33,657 nt of DNA from Candidatus Bathyarchaeia archaeon (GTDB lineage: Archaea; Thermoproteota; Bathyarchaeia; Bathyarchaeales; Bathycorpusculaceae). The stretch lies in contig JBAYSO010000001.1 of the NCBI GenBank assembly GCA_041676085.1, positions 1 to 33,657 of the forward strand, in the 5' to 3' direction. Positions 19,710-27,623 of the stretch are shown here, piece by piece. The notes beneath the pieces are model-generated. The model was not told the origin of the DNA and made no database searches. It saw only the letters and a program-made list of their open reading frames with translations. Made by a program: the position numbers and the translations under genes. Every line of letters begins with the position of its first letter. The first letter of the stretch is position 1.

Positions 19710-20783
19710 CTATTGCGGTTGGCCGTGGGATTTTTTGAAGCGAACAACTGAAGCTGCAATTAATACGGTGATGGCGATCGTAATTATGGTTGCAACGGCG
19801 ATGGTTGTTGAGGCAAGCTCAAATCCCGTTGTGGGAACTTTGGTGCCGTAGGGTTCCATGAGCGGGTAGTGGTCAACGTTTTGGGCGTATATGGCGTTCA
19901 TGTTGGTCCAGTATTCTTTTGATTCCTGGGTCGGCACGTCGGCGGGGTCAATGTAGGCGGCTGGTCGAATGAAGTACGGCGTATCACCCACGCCTGGGGT
20001 GTTGGATTCGGTCGCGTTGGGGTATCTTGTGAGGTAATCATCCCAGAAGTTACCTGAGCCGTAACCGTCATCCCAAACATTGATTGAAAGTTTACTGGGG
20101 TAGCTGTAGATGAAACCTGGGTCTCCGACAGTGTAGTTGTTGTTGATGAAGTTGTTGTGGTAGATATGGTTGTCTTGGCTGGAATAAAATTGTAGAGCGG
20201 TATAACAATCCGTGATGGTGTTTCTGATGACGTAGTTGTTTTTGCATTCACTTGGCGGACGTCCTGTAGCGTATATTATTTCACTCGCGAAGTCTATTCC
20301 TATGGTGTTGTCATTGAGGTAGTTGCCTGTTATGTTGTTGTGGGAGCTCAATAACCTGATTGCTGTGGTTGATCCGAATGCCTCGACTGGGGCATTCGCA
20401 TGCATGATTGTGGTGTTTGTGATGGTGTTGTAGTCGCCTACTATGACAATACCACCTGAGAGAGTATGGTTGTTTCCATCAAAGATTATGTTGTTTTGTT
20501 CTATCTTTATACTTCCAGTGATATCAGAGTTCATAGTCCAGGTGTTGCCTTTTCTTGTTATAGGTGCTGTTGAAGGGTTTATGCCTCCCGCCTGGTTTAG
20601 GGTTATATCCCAGGTTTTCTCAACCGTATCCACACCGTAACTTTGAGCAAAAGGTGATTGAGCATTAATGACAACCTCTGTAAAATATTGATCTTGAGCT
20701 GAGCCATCTTGAGTCTCGATTATAACAATTAATATCGTAAGGCAAAACAACAAACCGATAATTCTGTTTAAAGCCTTATACAT
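19710..20783 (-). CDS. NosD/CASH parallel beta-helix surface protein
   Basis: Signal peptide, NNIIFDGNNHTL, NNITGN, IYHNNFINN, GNFWDDY, GVGDTPY, DHYPLMEP, C-terminal TM. Confidence 0.88.
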   Translation of the reverse strand: MYKALNRIIGLLFCLTILIVIIETQDGSAQDQYFTEVVINAQSPFAQSYGVDTVEKTWDITLNQAGGINPSTAPITRKGNTWTMNSDITGSIKIEQNNIIFDGNNHTLSGGIVIVGDYNTITNTTIMHANAPVEAFGSTTAIRLLSSHNNITGNYLNDNTIGIDFASEIIYATGRPPSECKNNYVIRNTITDCYTALQFYSSQDNHIYHNNFINNNYTVGDPGFIYSYPSKLSINVWDDGYGSGNFWDDYLTRYPNATESNTPGVGDTPYFIRPAAYIDPADVPTQESKEYWTNMNAIYAQNVDHYPLMEPYGTKVPTTGFELASTTIAVATIITIAITVLIAASVVRFKKSHGQPQ

Positions 20784-20869
20784 GCAAACGACTCAGTTCT
20801 TTTTGAAGATAAAGTTTATGCATGTTTAGCAGGTAAGAAAGAAAATAGTCCGCAATCTTTTTTAGGGGT

Positions 20870-20896
20870 TGGCGGGCCCGATGGCATTTGATGCCT
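20870..20896 (-). repeat. Degenerate copy of a tRNA 3' end (att-like)
   Basis: tggcgggcccgatggcatttgatgcct versus tggcgggcccggagggatttgaaccct at 14855: first 11 nt identical, 22/27 overall, same orientation. Confidence 0.65.
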
Positions 20897-21032
20897 GAGG
20901 CGCATTTATTCTGTTACCTCTTACTGGAGGGCGTTAGGATTTAGCCGAGCTTCTCCTAAATAGTTGATATCTGCCATCATAAACGGTTCGGTTCTGCTTT
21001 TTAATAAAGCTTGACAAGTCTTCAAAAGCTGA

Positions 21033-21063
21033 GTCAAGAAACTTTGACGAAAACCCTTTTTAG
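21033..21063 (+). promoter_or_regulatory. GTCAA-N6-TTGAC palindrome abutting BRE/TATA-like sequence
   Basis: GTCAAgaaactTTGAC then gaaaaccctttttag, about 30 nt before ATG 21094. Confidence 0.65.
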
Positions 21064-21093
21064 CGGTAAAATTCAGCATCACCTTGATGAAGT

Positions 21094-21810
21094 ATGAAGC
21101 GTAGAAATTTGGCGTTAATTGCCATTTTAACGCTTACAGTTTCCACTGTGGCTTCCTTGCAGGTCACTGATTTGGCAAGTGCAAATTATTTCCCTCCGCC
21201 TTCCATCGAAATCGACTCGCCTAATTCCTTAAAAGTCTATAATGACTCTTCTGTCCAGCTCTATGTTAGGGTTAACGCCTTACCAAGCGAATCTAGTAGC
21301 ATTACTTTCATTCGCTATTGCTTGGATGGAAAAGCCAACGTCACCCTAACCAACCTGTCAAGAGAGGACGGGCTTTACTATTGGACCTCCACAGAAGGTG
21401 TTATCGCTTCAGGCAACGGCTTTAGCGTGAACACTACTCTAGACAATCTAGCCGAAGGAAAGCACACACTTACTATATATTCGCATGCAACTGACGGAAA
21501 AGAAATGTCCCGAACAAGAGAGTTTACCGTTGATTATGATTATGTGCCTCCGCAAAACCCTTTTGGATTACCTGATAACTTGCTCAACGGCACTACAAGG
21601 CTACCACCCACAATCACTCAAAGACCTGAAGAATCCCAAACTGAAACACCACTACCCACAACAAATGAAGCCATCCACCCCTTGGAAAGTTCTCGCATAC
21701 TTTTCTTAATCATAGCCGTTGTAGCAGTGTTATTATTGGCGCCTGTACTCTACTTTAGGAGAAAATCGAGGGGCTTTATGGAACTGGAGGACGAAGACAA
21801 ATTATCTTAA
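21094..21810 (+). CDS. Secreted membrane-anchored Ig-like domain protein
   Basis: Signal peptide, PPSIEIDSP, YCLDGKANVT, LAEGKHTLTIY, FTVD, P/T linker, TM followed by RRK. Confidence 0.8.
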   Translation: MKRRNLALIAILTLTVSTVASLQVTDLASANYFPPPSIEIDSPNSLKVYNDSSVQLYVRVNALPSESSSITFIRYCLDGKANVTLTNLSREDGLYYWTSTEGVIASGNGFSVNTTLDNLAEGKHTLTIYSHATDGKEMSRTREFTVDYDYVPPQNPFGLPDNLLNGTTRLPPTITQRPEESQTETPLPTTNEAIHPLESSRILFLIIAVVAVLLLAPVLYFRRKSRGFMELEDEDKLS

Positions 21811-21845
21811 AAAGGTACATTTTAGCCATTGCTATAGTTGCCATA

Positions 21846-22751
21846 TTGATTATTAGCTCAAGCGTATATGCCTACTCAATGGCAACTCAAAACTCAAGTC
21901 TAACTTCTAATCAGAACAGCTTGTTCGTAGAGAGCTTTACCCCTACAGTCTTGGGTAGCAGTGTAATCGGCGGCAGAATTACCCTCGCAAATCCAACAGA
22001 CAAGGCTTTCGAGGACTTAACTTTGTCCCTCAAAATTGATGCTTCAGAACTAATAACACCGAATATGAGGTTATGGATGCCGCTGCCCATTGATGAACCC
22101 TTTAAAAATCGTTTTGTTCCATTAACCCAAATAAGCATTGAACCAGGTCAAAATGTGACGATTGGGCTCTATCTATATGACCCGGATCAAAACGAACCGC
22201 CTTTCTATCAGACAAGCGTGAACATCCAGACTTTCAGTCCTCATACAATCGAGTTTTACATTACTCAGAACACATTTGGTGACATAATTAACGGTCAATC
22301 TCTAATAATACCTCAACAAAAAGCGTACCTACAAATCACAGGCTATAGCCCAGTAGAACACAGTAAGGACACGTGGCACCAACATTTCAACAGTAGCACA
22401 AACCGCTATGAATACATAAACGACCAACCAAACTTTTACCAGCAATACCACCAATCAACATACTACCCAATGACACCCATGTCATATTGGGCGGCTAAAG
22501 CATACAATCAACTTGGCAACAGCTACTTCAACGTAACAATATATAACAACAGCACCTTCGCAGTGAGCGCAATTACTTTGTTTGGAGGCTCCTCGCCAGA
22601 CGGGCAAAGCATTCTGGGATCAGCATTAATGAACTATGTTTTGCAGCCCAATGAAACATATGTTTTTCCAGTTTCGGCATCAGCTACTCCATTGTATAGT
22701 TATATAAGCGGCAACTTGATTATTACTCAAACGGAATCAAAAAACACTTAG
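21846..22751 (+). CDS. Secreted beta-rich hypothetical protein; 5' end probably frameshifted
   Basis: Frame is open upstream as KKVHLAIAIVAILIISS; Ig-like ITLANPT..IEPGQ and FNVTIYNNS..LQPNETY segments. Confidence 0.7.
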   Translation: MIISSSVYAYSMATQNSSLTSNQNSLFVESFTPTVLGSSVIGGRITLANPTDKAFEDLTLSLKIDASELITPNMRLWMPLPIDEPFKNRFVPLTQISIEPGQNVTIGLYLYDPDQNEPPFYQTSVNIQTFSPHTIEFYITQNTFGDIINGQSLIIPQQKAYLQITGYSPVEHSKDTWHQHFNSSTNRYEYINDQPNFYQQYHQSTYYPMTPMSYWAAKAYNQLGNSYFNVTIYNNSTFAVSAITLFGGSSPDGQSILGSALMNYVLQPNETYVFPVSASATPLYSYISGNLIITQTESKNT

Positions 22752-22769
22752 TCTTAGGTAAGATTAACG

Positions 22770-23915
22770 ATGAAGCGTAAGGGTTTGCTTTTAATCGCCA
22801 TCATTATCATCGCCAGTTTGGCTTTCATTTATTCGCAGAGTTCAAGTTGGGAGGCAAGCGTTGAGGCAGATGAGTTCTATTTTGGGGCTTCTTTTGGAGG
22901 ACAAAACCCGCAAGAAGCAAAAGCGCTAATAAACAAAGTCAAAAACTACACCAACTTTTTCGTCATCGGTTCCTACGACCTATCTATAAACGAGACAGCC
23001 CTAAACGAAGTCTGCGACTACGCAGCCCAAGCAAACCTCAACTTCATCGTCTTTTTCGATTTTATCTCAAGGATTACTTACCCATGGCATCAAACCTGGC
23101 TCGACACAGCAAAAGAGCGGTGGGGTGACAAGTTTTTGGGTATTTATCTGAGAGATGAACCGGGCGGACATCAAATTGACGGACAAGAACCCATTAAAAA
23201 CGCCTCTGACTATAGCGATGCAGCAAGCCGGTTCGTTGAGAACATTACTCTTTCCAATAGCATGATAGATGCAAAAAACAAAAGCATCCCAACCTTCACA
23301 TCGGACTATGCACTTTACTGGTATGATTACCAAGCTGGCTACGACACGGTTTTTGCGGAGTTAGGCTGGAAGCTAAATTCAACCCAGCAGATAGCGCTCT
23401 GCCGAGGAGCAGCAAACATGCAAGGCAAGGACTGGGGTGCAATAATCGTCTGGAGCACCTATGAGCCTCCGTATTTGGGAAGCGCTCAAGAAGTTTATGA
23501 TGACATGGTTTTGGCTTATAGTGCAGGAGCAAAATACGTTGTAGTGTTCAATTACCCTAATTATCCTGAAGATAATCCGTATGGCATACTATCCGAAGAG
23601 CACTTTGAAGCTATGGAGCAGTTTTGGAGTTATGCTAACGCTAATCCCAGAGGGAACGGCGGTAGAGTCAACGGTGAAGTGGCTTTGGTTTTACCTAAAG
23701 ATTATGGTTGGGGCATGAGGAGAAATGAGTACATAACGCAGGATAACATCTGGGGGCTGTGGCCTGAAGATGAAAAAGCGCCTCTGATTTTGGAGACCGC
23801 TAACAAACTGCTAAACGAATACGGCTTGAAACTGGACATAATTTATGCGAATGCATCTTTTGATTATGAAGGGAAATACTCTAAGGTTTACGTCTGGAAC
23901 GTTACAATCACTTAG
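22770..23915 (+). CDS. Secreted glycoside-hydrolase-like (TIM barrel) protein
   Basis: N-terminal TM, FLGIYLRDEPGG, YDTVFAELGW, AYSAGAKYVVVF. Confidence 0.6.
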   Translation: MKRKGLLLIAIIIIASLAFIYSQSSSWEASVEADEFYFGASFGGQNPQEAKALINKVKNYTNFFVIGSYDLSINETALNEVCDYAAQANLNFIVFFDFISRITYPWHQTWLDTAKERWGDKFLGIYLRDEPGGHQIDGQEPIKNASDYSDAASRFVENITLSNSMIDAKNKSIPTFTSDYALYWYDYQAGYDTVFAELGWKLNSTQQIALCRGAANMQGKDWGAIIVWSTYEPPYLGSAQEVYDDMVLAYSAGAKYVVVFNYPNYPEDNPYGILSEEHFEAMEQFWSYANANPRGNGGRVNGEVALVLPKDYGWGMRRNEYITQDNIWGLWPEDEKAPLILETANKLLNEYGLKLDIIYANASFDYEGKYSKVYVWNVTIT

Positions 23916-23979
23916 CATTAAGGTCTAATAAATAACTTTTTACAGTGGTTCAAACGTATTATCAGACTTGGATGCCTTT

Positions 23980-24188
23980 ATGGTTGCTTTCGAGTGCCCC
24001 TTCTGCAACCAAACCATCGAGGCTAAACCGCCCGATGAAGTACATTCAGCGTACTCTTTCGAGAGACCAATACCTAAAGCTACCATGGCAAGCTAATCGA
24101 AAAAGAGTTGACGTGCCCAAACCCCGAATGCAGAGAACCAATAGCCGTTTACTGGTATGCACCATTGGACTACTTCAACAGAGTCTAA
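23980..24188 (+). pseudogene. Small zinc-ribbon protein with a -1 frameshift
   Basis: MVAFECPFCNQTIEAKPPDEVHSAYSFERPIPK / SYHGKLIEKELTCPNPECREPIAVYWYAPLDYFNRV*. Confidence 0.7.
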
Positions 24189-24252
24189 CTATGGAGAAAG
24201 GCTTGTGGGCATTCGCTGAAGGTGATTTATAACCATTTTAAAAAGAAAGCAT

Positions 24253-25374
24253 TTAAAAAGAACGAAAATGATTTTGGTAACTTCTTTTCTTGATGATAAC
24301 TACTCCAGCAATTGCTAGTGCACCTATGATGATTACAACAAGGGTTATTGCTGTCGTGTTTCCTATTTCCAATGCCGCTATTGCAGTTGCTTGTGGCGTT
24401 GATTCTGATGATTCTGAAGTTGAATTTGTAGGTTGAAAGTCTCCACTTATGCCGAGTGCTCTAATGTTTATTATTTCTCCCGTATCAGCCCATAGGTTCA
24501 CTCTTATGAACGTAGCTGATCCAGGGTATGTTTCGTTTAAAGGCAAATCAACCTTCCAGAGCGGATACAACTCAAAAGACTGATATCTGTCCATGACTTC
24601 CAACTCGGCCCTTATAGTTTCCTTTACGATTCCAAAGTTTTCCACTTTTTCGTCTTTGTATGTATACGAATAGCTTTCCGCTCTATCTAGAGCAATATCG
24701 ATGGCTTGAGTTTTCATTATTTTTACGTCTGTGTTACCTATTTTGTAATAGCTCATAACTTGATCGAAAGCGTAAAAATCCTTTTCTCTGAAACTCAAAG
24801 TAAGCGCAGGATAATCTGCCCCATTAAAGGTTCTTTTGAGGTCAAAAGAAGTCCATTGACCAGTGTCTGATACTTCAAGTTTGATGTTATCACTAGCTAT
24901 TGTTTCATTACTTGAAATCGGGGCGTTTGATAGTATATTTGACATATCTCTTATCCTTGAATCCCCGCTGTAAAATTCATATCTTTGAAGAAGGAGTGAG
25001 GCAGCATTTGCCTTCTCAAGCGGGAGTTGCTGAGAATAGTTTACTTCGCCAGATTGGATGTACATATGGCAGGACAACAAAGTCTCTTCCAAAAAACTGT
25101 AAGTAACTTCTAAATTGTTTGTTTCTGAATAAAGACCTATTTTACCGTAAGTGTAAGGTAATCCTTCGAATCGCTTGTAATCTGTTAAAGGTCCGGTCAG
25201 TTCTACGACATCGTATCTTTCAGTATCTATTAGCACAACTTCGTTCAAAAAATATAATATATTAATTGCAGGCACGGATTGCCCGGTTGCCGATAAGATT
25301 ATAGGTATTTGAGCGATACCAACCATGAAAAGAACGGCGAATACAACCAATATTTTTATTTTTTTATTCAGCAT
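24253..25374 (-). CDS. Membrane-anchored extracellular protein with PepSY-like domain
   Basis: Signal peptide; IMKTQAIDIAL..YPLWKV..IRVNLWADTGEII; S/T linker; TM followed by KKR. Confidence 0.7.
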   Translation of the reverse strand: MLNKKIKILVVFAVLFMVGIAQIPIILSATGQSVPAINILYFLNEVVLIDTERYDVVELTGPLTDYKRFEGLPYTYGKIGLYSETNNLEVTYSFLEETLLSCHMYIQSGEVNYSQQLPLEKANAASLLLQRYEFYSGDSRIRDMSNILSNAPISSNETIASDNIKLEVSDTGQWTSFDLKRTFNGADYPALTLSFREKDFYAFDQVMSYYKIGNTDVKIMKTQAIDIALDRAESYSYTYKDEKVENFGIVKETIRAELEVMDRYQSFELYPLWKVDLPLNETYPGSATFIRVNLWADTGEIINIRALGISGDFQPTNSTSESSESTPQATAIAALEIGNTTAITLVVIIIGALAIAGVVIIKKRSYQNHFRSF

Positions 25375-25389
25375 TTTTTGTCACTCCTT

Positions 25390-26958
25390 TCAATGTGGCA
25401 TAATATGGTCGCCATCTCCCCAAACACGCATTCGTCCATCTTGCCAAACTCCAAATACTGGTATCTGGTAACCATCATAGCCAATGTCAGAACTCTGGTA
25501 AGACACGCCATTTACTAGATATGACGCTTCATCTAGAGCTTGTCTTACAGTATAGCCATTCATTAATCGATCATAGAAATAGGCTACGAACTGTGCGTAA
25601 TCATAGTTATAAAGTTCCGCTTCATAATCATACCACATTGAAACACCATCGAAGCTTATATACACGTGATCGTTCTGATCTGGATTTAGATAACCGTCAT
25701 GAGCAGGATTCGTGCCAACGTTTAAAACCGAGGGGCTGATGTCCATCCACGAGGGAAGAATACCCGAGCTATGGGCTCGATTATAAACGCCAATTCTCCC
25801 TTCAGACCCAAGATCGCAAGCCCAGTTAAATACAAAGTCATGATTTCCATAGAATCTACCAGCTGCATCTCTTCCATAATTTACTGCATCGTCAATCGAA
25901 AAGTCCTCAATCGGTTCATAGTTTCTATTTCTTGACCATACGCCATAATGGGTAAGTGTACAATCTGGATAATCACAATAATAATAGAATGGTTCATAGC
26001 CAAGAAAAGCAATGTGGCCCTTGTAGAAGACCGATGAGTAATCAGCGACTTGCTCTGTGTAGACTGTATAGCTATGGACATAATCGTTTGTAGTCAAGGA
26101 GCCAAAAGCGTTATTGTGGTATCCGCTTGGGTATTTTCCAGTATTGTATACAAGACTGTCTTGATAACTAGCGACAGCCGAGGACAGGTAGTATTCATTG
26201 CCTGGTGCACTCATGTCGTAATAATCCTCAGTTCCGTAAGTTATGAAACTTGCTCGTCTAAAGATGCCATAGTCATAATAGTAACCGCCGCTTTCCATGA
26301 AAGAATAACCCTGAAAATGATAAGTTTTTAGTACATTATTGTTTGAGTCCAAAATTTGCAGATAATCAACTTCTAGTCCAACTGTATCTGCCGTCCAATA
26401 ATCAACGTTTTTGATTATAATCGTAACGACAGAGCTTGTAAAGCTAGACAAGTCTAGAATGCCCGAAGTATCGGTTTGCCAATTGACCCAGCCTCCATTG
26501 CTAGTAGTAGCGTAGCTACAAGCTGTAACATATATGTAGTCAGTGACTGGATGTTCGGCGTCGCCTTGAGTTCGGAACTCGCCAGAATTAATTAGTTTTC
26601 TGTTATGCTCATGGTTGACTACGAAGACGTCCGCAAGATCAACATAGTCCCCGGTCCAATCATAGTACCACCTCCAAGAGATTCTTAACTTTTTTCCGTC
26701 AAGATAATCTCTGTCCAGATGCATAAAAGCATAGGCATCACCAAGTCCAGGATCATTGGACATCATCCGTAGAACGCTATCACCTGACTGGCTAAATGTG
26801 TAGCTAGGATTATAGCTGCTCCATTGTTTGTATTCTTTTACTGCAAAAGATTCAAGTCTTAAACTCTCGTCTCTTGCCTCAACAGGCAGAGCGGACATTG
26901 TTGTGAATAGCGATAAGAAGAGCAAAAGCAAACAGATGCTCACACGAGTTTTTGCCAT
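25390..26958 (-). CDS. Secreted protein: jelly-roll-like domain plus putative clan CD (gingipain/caspase-fold) peptidase
   Basis: Signal ending PVEA; VFYKGH, FVFNWACDLG, GYTVRQALDEAS, MRVWGDG. Confidence 0.68.
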   Translation of the reverse strand: MAKTRVSICLLLLFLSLFTTMSALPVEARDESLRLESFAVKEYKQWSSYNPSYTFSQSGDSVLRMMSNDPGLGDAYAFMHLDRDYLDGKKLRISWRWYYDWTGDYVDLADVFVVNHEHNRKLINSGEFRTQGDAEHPVTDYIYVTACSYATTSNGGWVNWQTDTSGILDLSSFTSSVVTIIIKNVDYWTADTVGLEVDYLQILDSNNNVLKTYHFQGYSFMESGGYYYDYGIFRRASFITYGTEDYYDMSAPGNEYYLSSAVASYQDSLVYNTGKYPSGYHNNAFGSLTTNDYVHSYTVYTEQVADYSSVFYKGHIAFLGYEPFYYYCDYPDCTLTHYGVWSRNRNYEPIEDFSIDDAVNYGRDAAGRFYGNHDFVFNWACDLGSEGRIGVYNRAHSSGILPSWMDISPSVLNVGTNPAHDGYLNPDQNDHVYISFDGVSMWYDYEAELYNYDYAQFVAYFYDRLMNGYTVRQALDEASYLVNGVSYQSSDIGYDGYQIPVFGVWQDGRMRVWGDGDHIMPH

Positions 26959-27187
26959 TTATATTCCTCGTAGGTTGCGTCTTCAGATATAATAGCGAGG
27001 GCAAGTGTTATAAAGTTTGCCATAAATAGGCTTGTAACAATTGGCTTTCTACTTGACTCACTCCAATTATAGCGGCAGGTAGGGAGAGCTTAATATTTGG
27101 AGTGAAGCAATTTCTTTAATCAGGATTTACTGTTCTAAAAAGTAGATTTGAGTGCTGTTTCTAGCTTAGAATTATCGGATTAGCTAA

Positions 27188-27586
27188 ATGAGCCGAAAGC
27201 GTGCGCTCGTGCTAGTCGGTGTTGGAGTGGCCTTTATTGTCTTAGCGTTAGCAATCCTGCTGGCGGGCAATCAACCAACGGCATCCTCAACTCCCGAATC
27301 AAAGGCGACATCTATCTGCACTTTCCAAGCGACTATCAAGACGGCGCTCAAGCCAAAGCTTGCTTGATTGACTCACAGCTTTACTATGGCGTTTATAATG
27401 AAAGCTTTTCCATGTTCTGGAGCTACCGGTGACTACTCAATATACAAAGGCTACCCCTGCATTGTAATCAACGGAACAATCCAAAACGACTATGACAAGG
27501 ACTACTATTTTGGCATAAACGCAAACGTATACAAGTTCGATGGATACAGAATCGAGCCAGTGCTCACAGTTAATTCACACATCTAG
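27188..27586 (+). pseudogene. Frameshifted, truncated exported protein gene
   Basis: MSRKRALVLVGVGVAFIVLALAILLAG / GDIYLHFPSDY..LIDSQLYYGVYNES / GATGDYSIYKGYPCIVINGTIQNDY across three frames. Confidence 0.6.
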
Positions 27587-27623
27587 GCTCTGCTTTGAAA
27601 AAAAAGATAGGGAACTAATGCAG

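Larger units (their letters stand above)
14855..20896. mobile_element. tRNA-Arg-associated integrative element, probably decaying; right boundary uncertain
   Basis: Integrase adjacent to tRNA, divergent regulator pair, orphan ORFs, visibly higher GC than the left flank, tRNA-3'-like copy at 20870. Confidence 0.6.

Noticed and set aside
23945-24232. 95-aa ORF from the track
   Set aside because: The alternative frames give a coherent zinc-ribbon protein, so this frame is likely a shadow
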